A DNA stretch of 57,801 nt, filler included, from Trypethelium eluteriae (lineage: Eukaryota), in NCBI GenBank assembly GCA_051942245.1. It is 3 parts of 3 records of this genome, joined end to end, with 100 filler letters (N's around TTAATTAATTAA, not from the genome) between each part and the next. Parts side by side here need not be neighbours in the genome. Positions count along the whole stretch, not along the records: positions 1 to 19,324 come from JAVECL010000532.1; 2 more parts are not named here. One strand, given 5' to 3'. Made by a program: the position numbers and the translations under genes. The notes under the pieces were generated by a model, which made no database searches, was not told where the DNA came from, and saw only the letters and a program-made list of their open reading frames with translations. This document shows positions 1 to 11,906 of the stretch, one piece after another. Within the stretch, counting starts at the first letter, position 1; every line of letters starts with the position of its first letter.

Positions 1-3000
1 GAGGTGGGAGAAGTGGGGCTCTCAGGTGAGTCTTCCGACATAGGTGCGTGTTTGAGCGATATCTTTCGATTGGGCGGGGGAAGCTGGGAAGTCGTGTCCC
101 TGGAGGCTTCGTGGTGGAAATAGGTCTGTTGGTCGGAGAGCGAACGTCGGTGAAGTGACTCTTCATTGGTCGGCTCCTCGTGAGGTATCGCCTTCACAGT
201 CACGGGAAAGGGGAATGCGTCTGTTTCTTGCGTTGGCTGATATGAGGTGTCTTTTTCAGCGGCCAAGAATTCCTTTGCCATCTCCACTACAGCGTTGTGC
301 CCGGTTGCTACTATGGTATCACTCCTTCGGAACTTGAGATCTGCCCGTCTCGAGCTTATGGGAGATTCTGTGGAATCAGGTCCTTGCTCCTCTCTTGTCG
401 TTGCCTCATCGGAACCATGGGGAATCTCTGGACATGTCGAGTCTACTGGATCTCCTTTCAATGCTTCAGTCCGATCTAAGCAACGGCAAATACTTCTTGC
501 CAGTTTGTTGGGTCCGATAGGCTTTGAAAGAAGCTCAATGTAATCTGATGGAGTATGGCATCTCAACCACAGTTGTCGTAAGGCACTGTTGCAAAGGACA
601 AGCGTGAGAGGGAGGCATGGATTATCAACTGAGAGTCCTCTTGCGTTTAGAAAAGCGTCGAAGTCACTTTCGTCAACGATTATCAAGCTGGCCTCGCATT
701 GCGGTGTCCAGTTTAAAACTGCTGATTCTCCGAAGTAGTCGCCAAGGTATCGTACGAGATTCTCCCTCATCGCCTGTCTTCCTTTTCTTGGCATTGCTTC
801 ATCTGTGGTATCCTGCCAGAAATACGCTATCTGATGACCGCGTGCTTTTTCTTGGACAGCTTCAAGATTTGTCTCATATGTATGCACGTCTGGTTCGCCA
901 TTGGTCGAGGTCTGTCTCGTCGCGGAGGACTTCCGCATAGGTAACTGGACAGTGACTTGTGTACCTGCGTTCAGCTGAGATTTGACGTCGATCTCGCCAT
1001 CCAGCATGGTGACAATGGACTGGACCAAAGACAGTCCGAGTCCTGTCCCCGGGGCTAGGCTATTTTCTTGGGAGAATGGAGTGAATAGCTTGGTGCGTAG
1101 GTACTCTGGGGAAATGCCACATCCGCTGTCAGTCACTTTCAGAGTGATGAGACTGATGGGATTATCCTCGTCAGGAGTATGGCCCCTTTTTTCTTGCTGA
1201 GTGGTACTGAGCTGAACTTGGATGAAACCTTGTTTGGTATATTTGAGGGCATTGCCGACAAGGTTCATGACAATACGTCGGAAGCTACCTGGCTGAGTAA
1301 CGTAAGTCCAGTCTATCATAGGAATATCAACAATCATCTCGACCTCGGGTCTTCCAGTGTTGTTGAACCTGGCTTGCTCGGCGGAGTTACTTGAGTCGTT
1401 GCCAGCCTGGTGAGGAGTTCGGTGATGGTCAGTATCGCCAATGATGGATCTGGAACTGTCGGCCATAGCAGAGCCCGTGACGCTTCCCTCAATGACTTCT
1501 TCGGTTATTTTCGCGATGTCGACAAGTGAATAGATGTTCATGGATGGATTCCCTTCACCAGCCGTGGTCTTGAGAGGCTTTCCGGCACCAGCCTTGCACA
1601 CATTGCGCCAGTCCCGCTCGAACGTATTGATCTTACTATAGTCAAGGACCATATCGATCGTATCCATCAATGTTCTTGCGCAGCTGGAGGCAGTATCGAT
1701 GATAGATCTCTGGAACGAGGAGCCCCCCATCTCTCCCATAAAGTCACACGAGGCTAGAATGCCATGCAGCGGAGATCGTAACTCGTGCGAGATGGAGCCT
1801 ATGAACTTTGACTTATGAAGGCTAGACTCAAGGATCGACAATCGCCCCAGCTCAGTCGTTATGCAATGGCAAAATGCTAGGCTGTGGGGAAGCTCGAATG
1901 CAGACGAGAAATGTCGAAACTCGCTCATATTATAACAAAAGCACACTGACCACGCCGAGGATGCGAAATTTTGGACCGGTATAAAAATAATTTGGCGTGC
2001 AGTAGGAAAGTGGTCCCGCAGCATATTGAGTTCGGCCTCATGTTCCTCCTCAACATCCGACTTTCTGAGGTCGAAGTAATCTTGTCCCATGATTTCTTCG
2101 CTTGCCGTTTCGGGCAACTCATCCATATTGAATAGCTTTCCTCGCGAATGTCTTCTGATAAGATCAGCTAAAGTAGCAGGCGAGGGAGCAATGAAAGCTT
2201 CAAGACATCGAGATGATTTGGCATTCGTATCGCCTGGAGGTTCCATTGTAGCAAGGGGCTGGTGAAAGGAAGCAAGAATCTCCGCGTGTTCCTTGGCTTC
2301 TGGTCTCAATGGAAGGAACGTGTCGGAAGGCTTCTTCTGGTTTTGGGGTCTGGAACTGATTCTTGATCCATCTCTTACCCAGAAATCTTGGTCCTCGTGC
2401 TGAGTTGGTGCTTGGACAGAACGATTCAATTGTGTTTGGTAGCTTCTAGTCTCATCTCCGATGGCCGCGAAAGTATCAAGAAACACAACACCTCCACCAC
2501 TTTGGAGATCTAGAGCCTCTCCAAGCAGACCAGCTGCGCGTGAGAATGTCGCCAATTGCTTATCCCCCTCCCCTGCGTCGAAATCTTGAGAACGTCGTAA
2601 TGTTTTGAAGTTTTCTGCGACGGCTGGTCGGACGTCATTGCCCTTGTCAGAACCTCCGACTTTATGATGTCGAGCTGGAGATTGTTCGTCTGTGTTTTTG
2701 AACCCACAAAGGTCCTGCTTCTCGGTCTTTGGGGGAAAGGGATGGGTATCATGGTCGATCTGGGCGTGTTCACCCTTCAGCCCCCGTTTTGTATATCCTG
2801 GTCGTTGCTCTAATCCCACAAAGGTAGCAAGGCACAAATTCATATTCCAAGCTCTTTGACGCAATCGCTTTTCTCTTTGCATCTCGAAATGCAGCATCAC
2901 ATTTTGTGCCATGACCTGAAGAACTGTTCCAAATTAGACTGTATCGACGGGGAGCCTAAAGAGAGGCTCACAGTCCAGATTTGCTCGGCTCATAGGCGCC

Positions 3001-3580
3001 CTCGGTCTTGAGTCGCTGACCAGCAGTGTCCCTATGGCAATTCCTCTGTTCGTGTATACCGGTACTCCACAATAGTAGCGCATTCCTGGGATCGATCTGA
3101 TGTCGCGTGCATTTCGATAGCGAGGATAGTGTCTCAAGTCGAGAACCTCGAAATGCGCAGGAGAACCATCAGAACCTAGCGTCGAGTCGATGGTGTTTGC
3201 ACACAGTGAGCCTGACTTGGGAGTTAGAGCACGCTGTGGTTGATGAGTATTGTGAGTCAAGCGAGTAGGCGAAGGAACACACGCACGCGAAGCAAGCAGG
3301 ATTCATTAGCATCATCGTGATTTGTATCGCCGATCGTAAGAGCCCTTGTTGCTTCTGCTACGTGGTATATGGTCGTACGGTCAATAAAGTTGATCATGGT
3401 CCGCTCGCAATTCACTCGCAAAGCCACAAGTTGGGCATGAGCAGTCAAGACTGGATCTTGGCTTTGTGACTCGCCGATTGAGGCTTTATGGGCACTCGGT
3501 TTAAAGTACTGATAAAGCTCCCGAGCCCGCAGGTTGCTTTGTCCGGCCTCGGAATTTTGGCGGATTTCAGGGGTATCCAT
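1..3580 (-). CDS. Hybrid sensor histidine kinase (N-terminal GAF-like, HisKA, HATPase_c); 3' end, including the expected receiver domain, lies beyond the left edge
   Basis: ATG at 3580 (MDTPEIRQ...RARELYQYF...DPVLTAHAQLVALRVNCER) and two short introns near 3290-3215 and 2970-2925. GAF-like segment MRYYCGVPVYTNRGIAIGTLLVSD. Manual translation of the long exon gives H-box GSISHELRSPLHGIL (~1755-1800), N-box RRIVMNLVGNALKYT, G1 VTDSGCGIS and G2 GTGLGLSLVQSIV. The frame has no stop inside the window, which is why the ORF track omits it. Confidence 0.9.
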
Positions 3581-5466
3581 CGAGAGGAAGTCGCATTTGC
3601 TTTCTTCAAAGAATAAAAGAACTACACCCGGAAGAAAGTAGGTAAAACTAGAGGAGAAGGCAAGGTACAAAGGTATAGTGGATGGATAGGAAAGATTGGA
3701 GAGCGGAATTTTTAATCAAGGGGAGACTGAGGACTTCATGAGATTGAGACAGAAGGATATGCGACCATCTCGTGAACTCGGAAAGACAGTGAACAAAATG
3801 GACTTGCAGAGCGCTTACTCTGTTGTATCAACAAGTGCAAATTACGGAAGATGTTCCTTTCGGACGGGCAAGAACGACCCAGGCAGTCTTGCTATTCCAA
3901 CCAGACCAGTAGTCGATATTTGATTGAAAAGAGAACGCTTGGTTCGAGCGTAGCATCTCGAAGAACGACTCGACTAAGCATCGACTGAGCATTGATAACG
4001 TATTGACATTGGAGTCGAAAAAAGAGTAGAATCATTGTTTTTCCAGTTTTCCTCGCCAAGGAGGTAGTAATTCTACATCGTTACGAGGTATGGTAACCGC
4101 AGCTCGTGTCCGGGGCGACGGTTGTTAGAGCAGACATCCAGAGTAGCCTCGGCGATAAACAAACCCAGGCGTGCACACCTGTTCAGACCGCCTAATGCAG
4201 AAGGCCTGCTGTGCGCAAATCAAGGGATTACACTATCGGTTTCGCCTTATCGCGTTTTTAAAAATTATTTTTGGCCACCTTCTAAAGCACCTCCTGACTA
4301 CGCGTATCTCGCTGCAAGTTTAGTCTACAGCAGGTACTCTATCTGTGCGAAAAAGATATCGTGAAACCTGCTGCACTCTTGCCTTTGAAACCACACAACC
4401 CTCTCAGACAGATAATGATACGAAGCGGACAGTGCAATTTTCGTATTGTGATTGTTCTTCTCGTCAAGCTATATTTGTCGGACCAACAGGAACGAACCTT
4501 TAAGTCCTTTTTGCTACGTCACAATACCTGACAATATGGGATGAGCTTCTGCGCACAAGCAGGCAACCATCTACTTCATATCTCTGGAAATTCAGTTTCA
4601 AAACATTAAAGCATTGCTAAATCTACGTACGTGCAGAGAATACTACCTAATCCCGGGCCTTGAGCCGGGGGAGCCTGCCTCTAGCTCGAACGCTAGCCGA
4701 GCTGAAAGCAAGCGGATTCAGCTTATGCGGTCCCCGCCTGATTGTCCTTTATGACGAGACATTATATCCACTTCTTGGATCTCGTGAAAGCCTCTGAGCA
4801 AAAGCAGGGTGGCAAGCTTGGCCAATAGAAATGCGAGGATAGGTACGATGGGTCTCTATCGTGCTTGAGTCTCGAACAAGATTCCAGTTGGCATATATTG
4901 GGTAAATATGGTTATCGGGCGGACTGCGAAACGATAGAGCGACACATGTCATCAGGCACTGCTTGGAGTTGCTGCCCGCGTTTCAATTCTCTGCGCTTAG
5001 CTGTTGAGCCAAGTCCATGGTTGACCCAAAGAAGGGCCACCGAGAGGGGATTTGCGAATGCCCAGAATCTCGGCCGCATTTCTCACAATTCATCTTGTTG
5101 ATCTCCGCATATTCGGCACAACCTTAGGATGTCCTGGTCTCAAGCTGCCGGTTCACACGGAGAATCACGGATCGCTCCGTCGCTGTGCCTCATCTGAGAT
5201 GCCCTCAAGCATCTCACGCAACTCCCATCCTCTCGCTTCCTGTGCCGCATTGGACGAACGTCATGCTGACGGGTCGCGAGAGCGATGTGTGTAATCAAAA
5301 GTCGACGTATTTCTTATAATAAATGCTAACGACTTTGGCGCGATATGCATCATACTCATAAGATCTAGTCGAATTTCTCTAGACTCCTGACCACTTTGCT
5401 CCGCATCTTGACACGCGCTTCCTGGTTGTTTTTGCGGTTTCCGGCTGTCATTCATTTGCTCAAGAC

Positions 5467-7174
5467 ATGATCTCGCTTTCGGCCGAGCTTCAAGGCGTCC
5501 TGGAAAGACTTCCAGATCATATCTCGCAATCCCTTGGCTCCGGTGGATATCGGCACATAATCCAGAGTCATGCGGAGTCTCTAGATACCATTGGTCGTGA
5601 CGCTGAAAAGACTACAGCCAAGACTCGCGCCCAACTTACGTGCAAAGCTAGTAGCATCCTCTTCAGTAAGCATCGAGTTGTCGTACCGGAAGAGCCTTCA
5701 TATATAGATCACCAAAAAAACTATTGGTCGGTTGGACTTGGTCGATACTATTCACGAGAACTGACTTTGAGAGTCAAGGTCGAAGACATGCTGGCTTCCA
5801 GCAGCCGGCTTCATCAAGCCTCTGAATAGTATCGAGGTAGCCCTCAGCCTGAAGATTATTACCTACACGCAATCTCGCTTCGCAATCCGGAGTGCTGGGC
5901 ACAATGCTAATCCGGGTTTCAGCAGCACGGGAGAGGAGGGAGTTGTTTTAGACCTTGGTGCACTCAATACCGTCGAATTGTCATCTGAGCGGGAGATTGT
6001 CTCTCTCGGACCAGGTGCAACATGGGAGAAGGTCTACGAAGAGCTAGAAAAGTATGAACTCACAGTCGTGGGAGGGAGAGTGAGCGGCGTAGGCGTAGGG
6101 GGCCTCATTCTCGGTGGAGGCATGTCTCATTTCTCGAACCATTGGGGTCTTGTCTGCGACAATGTCAAGAATTTTGAAGTTGTTCTTGCAGATTCCTCAA
6201 TCGCCCATGCGAACGCCATCGAAAACCCTCAGCTTTTCCGCGCCCTAAAAGGAGGCGGCTCCAATTTCGGTGTAGTCACGAAATTTGACTTGTATACATA
6301 CCCCGACTATCGTGTATGGTATACCTTCAAGGTATATAATGCGAGTGATTCGGAACGTGTCATCAAAGCCTCGGAGAGGGTACAGAAAGCTATGGACGAA
6401 GACGATCGCATTGGATTTTTCCTGGTAACAAACAGCGCTTTCCTTGTGGCGGGAATGCTATATATGGGATGGCCGGAAGAAACTCCTGGTATATTCAGGG
6501 TATTTGAAGATATAAAGCCGATGATGGATGCCGTACCTGAGACTAAAGGGACTCAACTGTCGGTAATCCAAGCTTTCGATATGAGTGAAGAGGGAAAGTA
6601 AGTACTTTGTCTCTCTACATTGTAGCCAATGGAGTCAGCTAATTGGGAATCTAGGCGGGAATCTGGAACAGCGACGACACGCCCAGATGCGGATCTCTAT
6701 TTGGAACTGCACAAGGTACTCCAGGATATTGCCAAGTCTGCGGCAGTCACATTGCAGTTCACTTTCCAGCCAATAGGCAAAGCTGCCGTTAATAAAGGCA
6801 ATGAATATGGAGGAAACTGTCTCAATATTCCTCGCGAGAACCAGTCATGTATGTCAACGCCTTTGAGAATCTCCGAAGCCTGCTCATACACTTTCCTAGG
6901 GCTCGCAATGATGGTTCAATGGAACGACGACGCAAACGACGGTGAAGCACGTTCGCAGATCAGCCAGCTGATTTCCTCTCTCAAGTCCACATGCAAGACA
7001 CGCGGGCACCTCTTGGACTTTCATTTCATGAATGACTGCTCTTACACGCAGTCTCCCTTTCAAGGCTATGGTAAGGAGAATCTGGCTTTCCTGAAAGCTA
7101 CCGCGGCCGAATGGGACTTGCAAGGCGTCTTCCAAAAGCTCCAGAGCTCCGGGTTTCTGTTGTCCAAAATGTAG
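5467..7174 (+). CDS. FAD-linked oxidoreductase (berberine-bridge/VAO family, FAD_binding_4)
   Basis: Spliced ORFs 5467-, 5978- and 6629-. Motifs FAIRSAGHNANPGFS (after intron 1), LGPGATWEKVY, VVGGRVSGVGVGGLILGGG, LFRALKGGGSNFGVVTKF and C-terminal FMNDCSYTQSPFQGYG...WDLQGVFQKL. Three GT-AG introns (~5728-5779, ~6598-6654, ~6849-6899). Confidence 0.9.
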
Positions 7175-7589
7175 ATGTCCGAATTCTGTAGTATTCATAG
7201 AGCTGATGCATCAATGATCTGAGAGTTCTCAATACAGTGTGACTGCCAGGGTTTGGGTATATTGAAGTTATTATCGCGTTTTCGAGTTCTAAAGAAGAAT
7301 GTCCGACAACGTGTTATGATGTGGCTTTTGCCACTGATGTAATTGACAAATGCAAGCGCAACAGGCGGATGGCGATTTAGGAGCTGATCCAATCAGAGGG
7401 CATTCTCAGTGATTTCGCTCTTAGAGCAGTTCTTGATATTGGTGCATCACCTATCATACTTTCGACAGGGTTACGCCCTAACTGATAGAAGCGGCCAAGG
7501 GCGATTTTGGAATATGTCGCCATTGATATCGTGATCTAATTACCTGCTCATTGCAGCCTCTTCGCGAAGAGATCGACTAATACGGATGG

Positions 7590-8100
7590 CTATCTCACAG
7601 GCAAGATGCCTACTCTAGGCCTCCAGATGATTTCGAACTCAGAGTCACTGCTACCACCACCATCATCTTCATCTCCGACCTCATATCTCACACTGTCAAG
7701 TTCGCTTACAACATCCCACCCTGCGCGCTCAGCCTCTCTCTCCCTTTTGCCTCGCCAATCGTCCACCGCCTTGTCAACGAGAGGGCCGAGATCATATCCC
7801 CCGCGCTCCTCATAGCATTCTCCGTTACTGCCTCCTTCCTCATCCAACCAGTCACGATCCATCGCCTTCAGAACATCAACTCAAATAACAGTCTCCACTG
7901 CCGCATCCTCAACTAACAGATCCAATGCCACCGGAACTCCTCTGTTCCACCCACGAACCTCCCTTTTCCGCTCCTTCTCCTCCGCACATCGTCGGCTATA
8001 GCTCACCGTGTTCCCTCTGCTATCGCTGTACCTTCCCTTTCCTTTCATCGGCCGCCACAGCCATTTCGTTTCTTGATAGTACTTTCGCGGACGACAGGCG
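7590..8100 (-). pseudogene. Possible decayed hypothetical-protein gene
   Basis: Frame ...KYYQETKWLWRPMKGKGR...EDAAVETVI*VDVLKAMDRDWLDEEGG...WDVVSELDSVRYEV reads through a single in-frame TGA near 7880. No recognisable family. Confidence 0.3.
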
Positions 8101-8525
8101 CAGATGTCAAGTCATCAGGGCAGAGAGGAAACCATGGACATTTGTCGGATGCGTGTGCGTGATGAGGTTGTCCGACCTGGGCTGAATTGAAGTTACCAAC
8201 CCCATTGTACGGGCATTGCGGGTATTTGTGTTTCTGGGTACGGTCGCGGTGGTAAGGAACGGATGGGGCATGTAGGTCGGAAGAGGGGGTAATCTCCAAT
8301 GTCGAGACGCGGCCTTGCACGACCTGATTGGTGTGTTATGGACAGTTGCAGGTTCCCCTCCTCCCTGGTTTTCTACTGGTCGTAACAGAAAGCATTCTCG
8401 ATAAGTCCCTGTCAACTTTCCACATTCAAGTGCTTTAACTCCGAAGTTTGGCATCTAGGTAGCTCAAGTCGGTTTTCATCTCCGAGCTGCTTTGTGACTG
8501 TGAGTCTTATAGTATGGCTTGATAA

Positions 8526-8646
8526 TGTTGAAGATCGACCCGAATCCATCCAAACTAGGCCTAGCGCACCTGTGAAACCACACATAAAACCTTTAGACCT
8601 AGATAGCTTCATAGAATCAAGACATCAAAAGACTTCAATTTCAACA
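8526..8646. mobile_element. Solo LTR, copy 1 (121 bp, TG...CA, probably Copia-type)
   Basis: Starts TGTTGAA and ends TTCAACA (7-bp inverted termini). Flanks GATAA/AATAA form a near-perfect 5-bp TSD. Clear homology to 12046-12156, including the shared block GACCTAGATAGCTTCATAGAATCAAGA. Confidence 0.75.
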
Positions 8647-9319
8647 AATAATAAACATTAGGAATTCTGTTAATTTGGAGGGGAGTGGATTAAATACGCT
8701 GTCTTAACAAAAAACCTATTTGATAGCGCCAAAATCGTCCCGGTTAATAGAGAAAGGGGTAAAGAGTATCATTATCGAATAGAATAGATGATTATGGCCT
8801 GTTGTGGGCTAGCACAGATTTTACAATGTAATGGCACAGTCCCTCAAGCGTCGCCGCGACGCACGGGCCGTACGGTATGGAAAGGCTGCGTTCAGACTAT
8901 CGTAGTGCCGGTTGCAGGGTGGAAAGTCACTAGAGTAGACTTATTCCCGGCAGAGCTAGATCTTTGTTGAGTTGTTTGTCAATTTTTATATATGTCTCAA
9001 ACTCTCGACATATGAGAGACTCCATCTTGTAACCCGCTAAGACATAGAATACCAGGTTTGTTATAGTCCGACCTTGTGGCTTGTGAGTATGTAGCCGCGC
9101 GTGTCTTGGCCTGCAAGTTCAGTTGGCCCTGTATGCCCGGATAAGAATAAGATAGGTATGCAGCACTATACAGAAATACTGCTTGGTCAAACCCGGGAAG
9201 ATAAGGCTTTAGCCTTAGTACCATTCCCATACAAGCGTTTGAGATTTTCTGACTCTTCGCGCTGACAGCTCTGTTCCTGTATACGAGAATTTTATATAGC
9301 TCTGAAAATTTCTAAATAC

Positions 9320-11686
9320 TTACCTCAATCGTATCCATTTTCTTTGTACCGACCACTTGTCATTCATAATAGACACAGTACATAGTCCAACCCGAACAGC
9401 GTAATCCATGTGTTTCTCTATCATCATCAAATAGTAACTTTCCCTATGCCTGTTATAAGCAAGCTCTATAAGCTCCAATTTTCCTAGCTGAAGAAGTTCA
9501 TATAAGACCTTCGCCTGCCATGGACCGCGAGAGATATAGCAAGTCATCTTGTATCCGTACAACCTGATATCGCCGGAACTGTGAAGAGAGATTTCGGCCG
9601 AATTTACACAGTCAACGTCCAGGAGCAAGACCTTCGGCAGGACAACGTGAGCGGGTAGGAGTTCTGATCCCACTAATTTAGCAGAATAAAGGTGCCGGAA
9701 GCTGACCCACGAATTCGGTTCTAACTCCAAGCGTGCGTCGTGCAACCTGCCGTCCATCATAAGGCTTGCTTGGGGGAAATATATCTCGCCAGGCCATCCC
9801 ATCCAAGACCAAGATGGAATTGAAGTTGGGCTTGGATGGCTTGAAGTCATGTCAATGGAAGAGCGTTCCCGAGCTCTAGTATTCCGGGGCCGGTCAAGAG
9901 GTCCTCGGCGTGCCCAGAGCAAACTCGATGCGAAATGCTCCAGAACTTCGCCTGATGAACCAGAGAAGGAGACTCCCCAAAGCTGATGAACTTCTCTCTT
10001 CGCGAAATATCTCATGATACCTGCGAAAGCTTTCTGTCTGTCCTCTTCAAAAGTGAGAACTCTTTTAGAGTACTGAACCACTAGATTCTTATATAGTAGT
10101 TCTTTCGAATACGAATAATTGACTTTATTTCCGGTAAAACGACGCCCCGTATTCATGGACAGTATTCCTGATTGGAAAGAAGGATAGATCATGCCGTGAG
10201 GATTGTGAATCAGATTGATATCAGGAGCGATACTCTCGCTGCAGTGCATAGTATTACACTCGAAGTAGAATTGGTCGTCAGTGAAGACTACACGTCGCGT
10301 TGACAAGACAATTTCTTGCAGAGTCCAGCCTCTTTCTGCCCACTTTGATGAATGTATGCGGCGGTGCGGATGAAGTGTAGAAGTAAAGATGGTAATTCGT
10401 CCGATCTTTACAGTGCTTTGGGATGTTCGAGACGTTGCATTAATGCCGGGAAGACCATAGTGACAATCTTGCCCACAGGCAGTTATAACTGTCAAGTCTG
10501 CGCCTCCGTATATTGAGTCCATTTGACTGATCTGATCATGCTTCTCCTCAGCGTTCTTTTGGTCGATACAGAGCCTGTCAACCCACAAATACTTGTAACC
10601 CAGAGCCTTGGCTACTACGAGGGTATCCTGGATGGTTTTGGCAATCCTCGGGTCAAGACTCGGAGATCCATCGTCTTCTTTTGATGGTTCTCCATAGTGG
10701 CTAGTTGCCGTGCCCCATACATAGCTCAGTGCAACATAGGAAGCATTTTCTGGGGCAGACACTACCTCAAATGTCTGACAATTTATGAGTTTTAGGCCAG
10801 TGATCTGACTCTTATCATTCTGACAAAGCGAGTGGCGAGAGGTACAGAAGTTTAACCAGTCCTTGGCCTGAGAGAGATCGGCGTTCTGCCCTAAGATTCG
10901 TGGGTTGAAGAGAAAAGTGTCATGTTGATCTTCCTCAAGGCAGAACAATCGTTCGGCATTTTCAGCTCGAAGTCGAAATGTCTCCCCATTCATACCAATC
11001 GGAACCACTCCGATGCAAGCGACGTCCTTTGCTCGATGCCAATCTCTACAAAGCCCAAACTTAATCGTTTTGCTTGTCTTGAGGTACGAGTATATCCGCA
11101 GCTGGTATTCCGAGGGAAGACTCTTGGACTGGATCCGAAGATGATAGAACAGATCGCACAAAGGACAGTATATACCCGTAGACAGATCGTTACAGTGGGT
11201 CCTGAGATCAGCAAGCAGAATTCCGTTGCTTTGATTCTGAAGAGAAGGAAAGTCGACGTCGAGAACCATCTGGAAATCGATTTGCTGACAATGTTCGCAG
11301 AGCGGGTGTTTTTCTGAGGCAGCATCCCTACGCCTCTTTGGCGCTGGCAGTGCATGCTCGCAGGTGTCAAGTCGTCTTTTCCGCACACCACCTTCTACCT
11401 CAGTATCCTCGACTTCCGTATATGGCGCAACGGTGCTATCCTTCGTTGAGCCCGGTAATGACAAAGGCGTAAGAGGGTAGGATTCAGAAACCTCCGATGA
11501 CGATGTCGAGATCGGTAGAAGAACTGACGTAAATGTCTGAGTATATATCGAGCAATCAGACCAAGCGCTAGGGGCCTTCGTGTACCTGCGGTCGGAGACC
11601 TTTCTGAGAAAGATGACCGTTGCATTCTGAGACTGCCAGTCGATCCATTGTTCAATGCCAGCTAGGACGAGTGGAGGTAAACGCAC
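9320..11686 (-). CDS. HET-domain (heterokaryon incompatibility, PF06985/TOL-like) protein
   Basis: 788-aa open frame with YVALSYVWG, KTIQDTLVVAKALGYKYLWVDRLCIDQ, QISQMDSIYGGADLTVITA, WAERGWTLQE and PSWSWMGW, plus N-terminal LCEHC...CPLC. The true start is uncertain; small upstream exons are likely at ~11700-11860. Confidence 0.9.
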   Translation of the reverse strand: MRLPPLVLAGIEQWIDWQSQNATVIFLRKVSDRRYTKAPSAWSDCSIYTQTFTSVLLPISTSSSEVSESYPLTPLSLPGSTKDSTVAPYTEVEDTEVEGGVRKRRLDTCEHALPAPKRRRDAASEKHPLCEHCQQIDFQMVLDVDFPSLQNQSNGILLADLRTHCNDLSTGIYCPLCDLFYHLRIQSKSLPSEYQLRIYSYLKTSKTIKFGLCRDWHRAKDVACIGVVPIGMNGETFRLRAENAERLFCLEEDQHDTFLFNPRILGQNADLSQAKDWLNFCTSRHSLCQNDKSQITGLKLINCQTFEVVSAPENASYVALSYVWGTATSHYGEPSKEDDGSPSLDPRIAKTIQDTLVVAKALGYKYLWVDRLCIDQKNAEEKHDQISQMDSIYGGADLTVITACGQDCHYGLPGINATSRTSQSTVKIGRITIFTSTLHPHRRIHSSKWAERGWTLQEIVLSTRRVVFTDDQFYFECNTMHCSESIAPDINLIHNPHGMIYPSFQSGILSMNTGRRFTGNKVNYSYSKELLYKNLVVQYSKRVLTFEEDRQKAFAGIMRYFAKREVHQLWGVSFSGSSGEVLEHFASSLLWARRGPLDRPRNTRARERSSIDMTSSHPSPTSIPSWSWMGWPGEIYFPQASLMMDGRLHDARLELEPNSWVSFRHLYSAKLVGSELLPAHVVLPKVLLLDVDCVNSAEISLHSSGDIRLYGYKMTCYISRGPWQAKVLYELLQLGKLELIELAYNRHRESYYLMMIEKHMDYAVRVGLCTVSIMNDKWSVQRKWIRLR

Positions 11687-11906
11687 TCAGTCAGTTGAGG
11701 AAATCGCGCCTTGCAGCCGACGGATTCTTGCTTTGTCGAATTCGTCACCTTGAAAATATGGTAGATGCTTAATTTGGAAAAATGAAACTGAAAGGACGGC
11801 TTGACAGAACTTTGCGGGCTGTTCGGCTTCGATCATGAAGCTGTTGTGGCGCAGCATCGTCAAGGCTTGCAGGCAGTGCTGTGGAACCTTCGGGCAATTT
11901 GGGTAC